In this document: piece after piece, positions 50,055 to 56,321 of the stretch
Layout of the letters: every line of letters starts with the position of its first letter
How positions within the stretch are numbered: position 1 is the stretch's first letter
Assembly (NCBI GenBank): GCA_964479005.1
Contig: CAYZJA010000002.1
Location: 32,001-96,000 of the forward strand
Length of the DNA: 64,000 nucleotides
Source: an uncultured Candidatus Saccharibacteria bacterium
GTDB lineage: Bacteria > Patescibacteriota > Minisyncoccia > UBA6257
Direction of reading: 5' to 3'
The notes under the pieces: model-generated
The model's input: the letters and a program-made list of their open reading frames with translations, nothing else
Database searches by the model: none
What the model was told of the DNA's origin: nothing
Made by a program: the position numbers and the translations under genes

Positions 50055-51335
50055 TTATTGTTTTTCCAGTATTTGAAATACTTTTTCATTACGCACTATT
50101 CCTAATGCGAATTCTTTTAAGTCTTCAGGATTAATTTTTTCTTTAACTTTTGGGTCAGGAATTTGTTGTAAGATTTCATTAACTTTTTCTTTTATTTCGT
50201 CTTCAGATACTTCAATTTTTTCTAAAAGACCGATTTCTCTTAAAACCAAAGACGAGAAAACTCTTTTTTTTGCCAGTTCTTGGAAATCTTTTCTTAACTC
50301 TTCTTCCGTTTTTTTAATTTGTTCAAGATATTTTTCAAAAGTTAATTGGATTTTTTCAAGCTGAGATTTTAATTCTTCCATCATTTTCTCAATTTCAGTA
50401 TGAATGAGAATTTCAGGAATATCTACTTTAGCATCTGTTATTATTTTATCCAAAACCGCTAAACGCCATTTTTCTTTTTCTTTTGTTTCTTTTTCAATCT
50501 TAAGTCCTTTTAGAATGTTCTTTTTTAATTCTTCTAAATCTTTAAATTTTCCCAATTCTTGAGCAAACTTATCATTTAAAGGAGGTAGTTTTTTTTTCTT
50601 TATTTCTTTGAGAGAAATTTCAACAGAAAGTTTTTTGTCTTGTAAATCTTTTTGAACCCAAGATTTTGGTACTGTTATATTAAAAATTTTATTTTCTCCT
50701 GTTTTCATTCCAATTAAATTTTCTTCAAACCCCGGAATAAAATGTCCTTTTCCTAATATAAAAGAATAGTTTTTATCTTCACCATTTTTAATTAAGCTCT
50801 CCTTTTCTTTAATTTGATAGTCAATGGTGACAATATCTTCTTTTTCAGCTGGACGTTCTACTTTTTCTAAAACAGAGCGGGAGTTTTGCAGCCATAGTAA
50901 CGCGTCATTGATTTCTTTTTTCTCTATTGCAACATTCAATTTTTTCGCCTGCATATCTTTGGCGATTTTTTTATAATCAGGCAAATTTAAATTAGGAATA
51001 ATAGATATTTCTGCTTTAAACTCTACATCCTGATTAGGAATTATTTTAGTGATGTTAATAGATGGATACCCAATTGCTTGAATTTCTTTTTCTTTGATAA
51101 TTTGCGGATAGAATTTTTCAATAGCTAAGCTGGCTGCTTTTTCATAAATTTTTAAGGGGGAAAAATGGTTTTCTGCGATTGACAGAGGGGCTTTACCGAC
51201 GCGATATCCGTTAACTTTAAGATCTTTATTAAGGTCTTTTAAGGCAATATCTTTAAAAGGTAAAAGATCTTTTTTATCAAGATTGACAATTATTTCAATT
51301 TTTGATTTTGGAAGGGAGTTAATTTTTATTTTCAT
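50055..51335 (-). CDS. tig: Trigger factor
   Basis: 426 aa with an N-terminal ribosome-binding domain, a PPIase-like middle domain and a C-terminal arm. Confidence 0.85.
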   Translation of the reverse strand: MKIKINSLPKSKIEIIVNLDKKDLLPFKDIALKDLNKDLKVNGYRVGKAPLSIAENHFSPLKIYEKAASLAIEKFYPQIIKEKEIQAIGYPSINITKIIPNQDVEFKAEISIIPNLNLPDYKKIAKDMQAKKLNVAIEKKEINDALLWLQNSRSVLEKVERPAEKEDIVTIDYQIKEKESLIKNGEDKNYSFILGKGHFIPGFEENLIGMKTGENKIFNITVPKSWVQKDLQDKKLSVEISLKEIKKKKLPPLNDKFAQELGKFKDLEELKKNILKGLKIEKETKEKEKWRLAVLDKIITDAKVDIPEILIHTEIEKMMEELKSQLEKIQLTFEKYLEQIKKTEEELRKDFQELAKKRVFSSLVLREIGLLEKIEVSEDEIKEKVNEILQQIPDPKVKEKINPEDLKEFALGIVRNEKVFQILEKQ

Positions 51336-51352
51336 AATTGCAAATTTATTGT

Positions 51353-52618
51353 TTAATCTTCTTTAATAATTTGTTTTGTTTTTTCTGTTTTTCTTTTGTC
51401 TTTTGTTTTATCAAGCTTCTTTTCTTCTTTGGTGTCAGCTACTCCTCCTTCTATTGTTTCTTCTGGCGCAAGAGCAGAGCGAATATCGATTTTCCAGCCA
51501 GTAAGTTTTGCCGCTAAACGAACATTCTGACCATTTTTACCAATAGCTAAAGAAATTTGATCAGGAGGAACGAATACTCTTACTTCTCTTTTCTCGGAAA
51601 TAATTTCGGCTTCTTTAATTTTTGCTGGACCTAAAGCAGACGCAACATATCTAGTTGGTTCTTCAGAATAAGGAATAATATCTATTTTTTCACCGTTTAA
51701 TTCGTCAATAATAGTTGTTACCCGTGTTCCTTTTTGCCCAACGCAAGCGCCTACTGGATCTACGTTTTCATCTTTGGAATCTACAGCGATTTTTGTTCGA
51801 TTTCCCGGTTCACGGGCGATAGATTTTATTTCTACTACTCCCTCACTTATTTCAGGAACTTCCATTTCAAAAAGATAAGAGACAAATTTTGGATGACAAC
51901 GGGAGAGCAGAATTATCGGTCCTCGCCCTTTTTCTTCTAATCGAAGAATATAGAATTTTTTTCTTTCCCCTGCTTGGTAATGTTCGCCTGGTATTCCCTC
52001 ATTGGCATAGAGGACGCCAAATGTTTTTCCTAGATCAACATAGATATTTTTTCTCTCTATTCTTTGGATGATTCCGCTTACTACCATTCCTTCTTTTTCT
52101 TTAAATTCTGAAAGGATTGTTTCTTTTTCTAATTCCTTGAGTTTTTGTAGGATAACTTGTTTGGCAGTTTGGGCAGCTATTCGGCTAAAATCGCTTTTTA
52201 CATCTAAAGGAGTAACTATTTCTTCATCGATTTTAACATTTGATTTTGTCTTTTTCGCTTCTTCTAAAAAGATATGCCTTTCAGGATTAAATTTGATTTT
52301 TCGATTCTCATCTTCATCAACTTCGTTTTCATTTTTCTTCCCCCCACTTTTTTTTGTTGAATCAATTTTTTCTTCTTTTTCTTCCTCCTCTTCAGCAATA
52401 ACAGAAGATTTATCAACAACAATTTTTACTTGCGAGAATTTTACTTGCCCATCATCAGGATTAATTTCTGCCCGAATAACTTGTGTTTTTTTGCCATATT
52501 CTTTTTTATAAGCAGCAGCAAAAGCGACCTCTAAAGCTTCGAAAACTTTTTGTTCCGAAAGTCCTTTCTCTTCGGCAATCTGACGAATTAATGGTTTTAA
52601 GGTTTTTAGATCTAACAT
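51353..52618 (-). CDS. nusA: Transcription termination/antitermination factor NusA
   Basis: 421 aa with an N-terminal domain, S1 and two KH domains. There is an acidic insertion and a K-rich C-terminus. Confidence 0.9.
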   Translation of the reverse strand: MLDLKTLKPLIRQIAEEKGLSEQKVFEALEVAFAAAYKKEYGKKTQVIRAEINPDDGQVKFSQVKIVVDKSSVIAEEEEEKEEKIDSTKKSGGKKNENEVDEDENRKIKFNPERHIFLEEAKKTKSNVKIDEEIVTPLDVKSDFSRIAAQTAKQVILQKLKELEKETILSEFKEKEGMVVSGIIQRIERKNIYVDLGKTFGVLYANEGIPGEHYQAGERKKFYILRLEEKGRGPIILLSRCHPKFVSYLFEMEVPEISEGVVEIKSIAREPGNRTKIAVDSKDENVDPVGACVGQKGTRVTTIIDELNGEKIDIIPYSEEPTRYVASALGPAKIKEAEIISEKREVRVFVPPDQISLAIGKNGQNVRLAAKLTGWKIDIRSALAPEETIEGGVADTKEEKKLDKTKDKRKTEKTKQIIKED

Positions 52619-52700
52619 TTTATTTTAAATTAATTTTATTAAGAAAGACCGCCTTTGGGCGATCTCATCGTTACTTTTAGTAGCTTATCTTGTTTTTTCT

Positions 52701-52830
52701 GAAAAGTCAACCCCGTTAGAGATTTAAGTTAGTTAATTTATTTTCAATGACCATAGCCGAGAGGCGGCTTCGCCTTATGGTTTTTATATTATTGAAAAGC
52801 TGGGTTGAATCTCTAACGGGGTCAACCCTC
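52701..52830. other. ~130-nt nested hairpin element (candidate structured RNA)
   Basis: The outer 15-bp perfect inverted repeat is accccgttagagatt / aatctctaacggggt. An 8-bp stem ttttcaat/attgaaaa sits inside, and an inner ccata..aggcg-gctt-cgcct..tatgg hairpin sits inside that. Confidence 0.6.
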
Positions 52831-52876
52831 CACGCTAAGATTTGTAATTATGGGATAAAAATATTAAAATAAAAGG

Positions 52877-53254
52877 ATGAGGATAGGAAGAATTGGTTCT
52901 TTTGGAGAAGATAAAGCAACAACTTATCTTCAAAATAGCCATTATCAAGTTATACAAAGAAATTTCCAAAGGAAGTGGGGTGAGATTGATATTATTGCAA
53001 AAGATAAAAAAACAAAAGAATTAGTTTTTGTAGAAGTTAAAACAAGACAATTAAATTATGCTTATAGTTTAAACCCAGAAGAGGCATTAACTTCAAAGAA
53101 GGTTCGTCGTTTAAAGCGGGCCTTTTTAAGTTATTTAATTCAATATAATTTAGAAGATAAACCCTGGCGCTTTGATTTTATTGCTATAGAAATAGATAAT
53201 TTTAATTCAGAACCAATAATTCGGCATTATAAAGATATATTTTTACAATTTTAA
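52877..53254 (+). CDS. yraN: YraN/UPF0102 family endonuclease
   Basis: 125 aa. YLQNSHYQVIQRNFQRKWGEIDIIAKD...VFVEVKTR matches the UPF0102 PD-(D/E)xK pattern. Confidence 0.75.
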   Translation: MRIGRIGSFGEDKATTYLQNSHYQVIQRNFQRKWGEIDIIAKDKKTKELVFVEVKTRQLNYAYSLNPEEALTSKKVRRLKRAFLSYLIQYNLEDKPWRFDFIAIEIDNFNSEPIIRHYKDIFLQF

Positions 53255-53264
53255 ATTAAATTGA

Positions 53265-53465
53265 CTTTGTGACACGGTAAACATTGTGTGAAACAAAGTG
53301 TGAAACAATATTAACAAAGCCATTTCCTAATTTTAGACTAAAAATCTGGCTTATTTATGGGCAAACCAAGTAATTTAGGCAGCTTTTATCTCTATTAAGC
53401 CAAAACCCTAATTAAAAATAGTTACTTTGTGACACGGTAAACATTGTGTGAAACAAAGCGTGAAA
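53265..53465. repeat. Two ~45-bp direct repeats (ttactttgtgacacggtaaacattgtgtgaaacaaag[t/c]gtgaaaca) separated by ~113 bp
   Basis: Copies lie at 53265-53308 and 53422-53465 with 44/45 identity. Each contains GTGTGAAACA sub-repeats. They sit between the yraN stop and the tRNA island. Confidence 0.9.
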
Positions 53466-53496
53466 CACCGTAAAACGGCGTGAAGGAAATTATTTG

Positions 53497-53681
53497 TGGA
53501 CTCAGCGAGAATCGAACTCGCGTCTTCGCAACTTGCCCCCACACCATTATATTAGTGGACCCGAGGGGAATCGAACCCCTATCTCGGCAATGCGAATGCC
53601 GTGTAATACCATTGTACTACGGGCCCGTATTTTATGGTGTGGGGGTAAAAATGCGGTATATTACCACTATACTATGAGCCC
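53497..53681 (-). tRNA. Split/interrupted tRNA-like gene (Gly-like body, G3:U70) whose anticodon arm carries a ~150-nt insertion containing a complete tRNA-Ala
   Basis: The 5' half at 53681-53651 is GGGCTCA-TA-GTAT-AGTGGTAA-TATAC-CGCAT. The 3' half at 53530-53497 is TTGCG-AAGAC-GCGAG-TTCGATT-CTCGC-TGAGTCC-A. The acceptor halves pair perfectly (GGGCTCA/TGAGTCC). The insertion is clamped by the 12-bp inverted repeat CCCCCACACCAT/ATGGTGTGGGGG. Confidence 0.5.
53556..53626 (-). tRNA. tRNA-Ala (anticodon CGC), nested inside the split tRNA-like gene
   Basis: Hand-folded. The acceptor GGGCCCG/CGGGTCC has the G3:U70 alanine identity pair. The anticodon stem-loop is CGGCA-TTCGCAT-TGCCG and the T-arm is AGGGG-TTCGATT-CCCCT. 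Confidence 0.8.
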
Positions 53682-53885
53682 ATTAATTAAATTCACATTA
53701 TTTAAAATTATCTAAAATAGCATAGCAAAGATTTTAGATTTAAACAAATTTAAAGAAATAAAAAAGGAAGAAGAGAGGGGAGGTTCTTGTTCTGTCTTTA
53801 CCCTGAGATTTTACAGAGGAAGTACAATTACCCTTTTAGGAGATAAGTATCTCAACCTTGGCTTCTTCCTTATTTATATTCCCCT

Positions 53886-54083
53886 TTATTTAGATAGAAG
53901 ATCATTAAGCATTTCTTTGATAATCTCTTCACCAAATTCTTTCAATTCTGATAGGGGGATATTAGTGGCTTTGGCCATGTTACCTAACTCTCGTTTCATA
54001 TCTGGTCCGAGTCGCATACCTTCACGATTGAGCCGATACTTCAAGAGAATTAAAGCAATTTCACCTTTTCTTTTTTCATCCAT
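53886..54083 (-). CDS. Small hypothetical protein
   Basis: 65 aa with no recognised domain. Confidence 0.35.
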   Translation of the reverse strand: MDEKRKGEIALILLKYRLNREGMRLGPDMKRELGNMAKATNIPLSELKEFGEEIIKEMLNDLLSK

Positions 54084-54231
54084 GTTTTTAATTTAGTTAA
54101 ATTAATCGATCTTTATAGAATAGAGTTCTTTGAACTCTATTTGTTCTAAGTATACGTCTATTCTATTATTCTGTCAAGGTGGAAAATAATGATGGCTAAG
54201 GTTATAATCTTAGCCATTAACTAATTAATAG

Positions 54232-54302
54232 TCGGGGAACCGGGACTTGAACCCGGACTAAATCCTCCCAAAGGACTCGTGCTACCATTACACTATCCCC
54301 CG
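54232..54302 (-). tRNA. tRNA-Pro (anticodon TGG)
   Basis: C1:G72 acceptor (CGGGGGA/TTCCCCG). The anticodon stem-loop is AGTCC-TTTGGGA-GGATT and the T-arm is CCGGG-TTCAAGT-CCCGG. Confidence 0.8.
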
Positions 54303-54317
54303 ATATGTTTTTAACAG

Positions 54318-54391
54318 TGCCCTCGGCAGGACTCGAACCTGCACTCTTGTCCTTAGAAGAGACCTGCTTTATCCAATTAAGCTACGAGGGC
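54318..54391 (-). tRNA. tRNA-Arg (anticodon TCT)
   Basis: Acceptor GCCCTCG/CGAGGGC. The D-arm is GCTT..AAGC, the anticodon loop is CTTCTAA and the T-arm is GCAGG-TTCGAGT-CCTGC. Confidence 0.7.
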
Positions 54392-54534
54392 AATTCTTTT
54401 TGAGCTTATCTTCATTTGAGTTGCAGGGATGTCTGGTTTCTATTTTATCATACTTTTACTTGAAATAAAAGTTTTTTTGATTTATAATAAAGTAAAAGTG
54501 GGGCTTATATTTTAAAGATGAGAATAATGTATAT

Positions 54535-55701
54535 ATGCCCAAAGTAAAATGTAGAGTTTGCAAAAAGATATTCTATATCAAATCCAATTGGCTTAAAAGA
54601 GGATGGGGAAAATATTGTTCGAGGAAATGTCAGTACAAATCCCAATTGAAAGGAAAATTTGTGGTTTGCGCCTATTGCGGTAGAAGGGTATATCGATCAC
54701 TTGCTGAATTGCGCAGAAAATCTAAGGCAGGAGTTTATTTTTGTAATTTATCCTGTCATTGCGCTTGGAAAAATAAACAAAGGAAAAGTAAGGGAAGATT
54801 TAAATTACAAAATTTATGGGGACCGTGGTGTAATAGTAGCACTAGGACCTGTGGCGTCCTCGGTACGGATGCAAATTCCGTCGGTCCCCCATTTTTCTTT
54901 CTAAAATTCTTAAAGCCCAAGAAGAAAAAAAATAATCTTTTATTTCTTAAGCGGCCACCAAAGAAAATTCTTTATCATTTTTATTGGAAAAAGAATTATA
55001 CCCAAACAGAGATAGCTAAAATTTTTAATGCCACCCACACTAGCGTGAAAAGATGGTTTAATTATTATAAAATCATGGTGAAGTACCGAACTCTATCTTG
55101 TGGCCATAATCCCAATATTTTAAGAAATTTAAAATTAGGTCGTACAGATAAAGCTATTAGAAAATCGGCAGAAGCAAGAAGAATTTATTCAAAAGAAAAA
55201 CTTATTGAAAAAATAAAAGAATTTGTACAAAAAGAAGAAAGAATTCCTACAAAGAACGAATTTATTAATAATTCCTCTTATCCAGATTATGTCACTTACA
55301 GGCATTATTTTGGCACTTGGAATAATGCCATCAAGACAGCGGGCTACAAGCCAAATGAACAATGGTTTGCCTCAGGACATTTATTTGCTAAAGATGGGCA
55401 CAAATGTAATTCAATTTCAGAAATAATCATTGACGATTGGTTTTTTGAAAATGATATTTCTCATACGAGAGAGTGTTTATACCCAGAAGGACGATATCGC
55501 TGTGATTTTATGGTTGGCAATACTTTTATTGAATTTTTTGGTTTATTTAATGCTTCCATTGTTAACCCAAGTTATATTGAAATCGTTAAAAGAAAAAAAG
55601 AAATATGTAAGAAATTTAATATTGTCCTCATTGAACTCTATGAGAAGGATCTTTATAAATTAGATCAATCCTTGGGAGCAAAGATTGGATTAAAAGTATA
55701 A
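54535..55701 (+). CDS. Composite ORF: N-terminal double Zn-ribbon, HTH, HNH-repeat (homing-endonuclease-associated) and DUF559/Vsr-like PD-(D/E)xK nuclease region
   Basis: 388 aa. The CxxC..CxxxC repeat occurs twice. The other elements are an HTH (TQTEIAKIFNATHTSVKRW), an HNH-repeat-like motif (YVTYRHYFGTWNNAIKTAGY) and a C-terminal S.SE....DDW...N..H..E...P.G.YR.DF.V......IEF.G. The ORF reads through an embedded tRNA-His-like gene at 54818-54891 and a poly-A tract, so the true CDS boundaries are uncertain and it may be a fragmented gene. Confidence 0.4.
   Translation: MPKVKCRVCKKIFYIKSNWLKRGWGKYCSRKCQYKSQLKGKFVVCAYCGRRVYRSLAELRRKSKAGVYFCNLSCHCAWKNKQRKSKGRFKLQNLWGPWCNSSTRTCGVLGTDANSVGPPFFFLKFLKPKKKKNNLLFLKRPPKKILYHFYWKKNYTQTEIAKIFNATHTSVKRWFNYYKIMVKYRTLSCGHNPNILRNLKLGRTDKAIRKSAEARRIYSKEKLIEKIKEFVQKEERIPTKNEFINNSSYPDYVTYRHYFGTWNNAIKTAGYKPNEQWFASGHLFAKDGHKCNSISEIIIDDWFFENDISHTRECLYPEGRYRCDFMVGNTFIEFFGLFNASIVNPSYIEIVKRKKEICKKFNIVLIELYEKDLYKLDQSLGAKIGLKV
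54818..54891 (+). tRNA. tRNA-His-like gene (anticodon GTG) with encoded G-1:C73
   Basis: Hand-folded. G-1 is followed by the acceptor GGGACCG/CGGTCCC and discriminator C. The D-arm is GTGT..GCAC, the anticodon stem-loop is AGGAC-CTGTGGC-GTCCT and the T-arm is ACGGA-TGCAAAT-TCCGT. It is oriented opposite to the neighbouring tRNAs and lies inside the predicted ORF. Confidence 0.6.
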
Positions 55702-55791
55702 AAGGCGATAGAGGATTGACCCGCACACCATAACGAATACTAAGTGCCTTTGGCGCTAAGATACGAAGTATGTGCTCGTTTGGTATCAGGG

Positions 55792-55819
55792 TTGACAAAT
55801 TATTTTTCTTTGTTATAAT
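55792..55819 (+). promoter_or_regulatory. Consensus sigma70 promoter (TTGACA-16-TATAAT)
   Basis: TTGACA at 55792-55797 and TATAAT at 55814-55819. Confidence 0.6.
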
Positions 55820-55822
55820 GGG

Positions 55823-55888
55823 AATGCTATCGTTTAGAGATATTAAATAGCTTGCTATCTAATTTCAAAAAGCGATAGCATTTTTTTT
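55823..55888 (+). ncRNA. Candidate small RNA / attenuator: 10-bp stem (aatgctatcg/cgatagcatt) enclosing an inner hairpin, followed by T8
   Basis: It starts about 4 nt downstream of the -10 element. The inner palindrome is atagcttgctat. The element ends in an 8-T tract at 55881-55888. Confidence 0.4.
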
Positions 55889-55957
55889 ACCGCAAAAATA
55901 TGAAGAGTAATCCTTCACATTTTTTAAATTCATAATATTTGGTATAATATAAATATT

Positions 55958-56266
55958 ATGAAAATAGATTGGAACAAAAAAATCGGAATGCAGGAAGAAA
56001 ATTACGGTTTAACGGTATTTGTTGGAGGGTTAATGCAAATAGTTTTTGGATTTAGTTTTGGTTTAATTCCTTTAGCCATTTTTATTATTACAGTAATCGC
56101 TTTTGTTTTAAGTTTGAAACATGACAGATACGAACCTTTTAGAAGAAGAATGAGTTTTATCGGTTTAGGCATTGTGATTACAATGGTTTTACTTTATTTT
56201 GTTTTTGGCTGGGTAGGAATTATTGGGACATTAGTAATGCCAAAATATGTTTCAATGTTAAGGTAA
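55958..56266 (+). CDS. Small membrane protein
   Basis: 102 aa with two long hydrophobic segments. Confidence 0.45.
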   Translation: MKIDWNKKIGMQEENYGLTVFVGGLMQIVFGFSFGLIPLAIFIITVIAFVLSLKHDRYEPFRRRMSFIGLGIVITMVLLYFVFGWVGIIGTLVMPKYVSMLR

Positions 56267-56279
56267 AGCAGAAATTTAA

Positions 56280-56310
56280 AACAGCCCCGATTTATCGGAG
56301 CTGTTTTTAT
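56280..56310. terminator. Bidirectional rho-independent terminator between convergent genes
   Basis: The stem acagccccgat/atcggagctgt has one mismatch and is flanked by T/A runs on both strands. Confidence 0.6.
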
Positions 56311-56321
56311 TAGTTACTTTT

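Noticed and set aside
54084-54180. Hairpin aatagagttc-ttt-gaactctatt as terminator of the tRNA cluster
   Set aside because: No T-tract follows on the minus strand. It is more likely an operator or promoter-proximal palindrome for the 65-aa gene, so it was left uncalled.
55718-55790. Possible tRNA 5' half downstream of the CCCGCACACCAT motif
   Set aside because: The revcomp GGCACTTAGTATTCG shows only a weak resemblance to the split-tRNA 5' half. No acceptor/D-arm pairing could be built.
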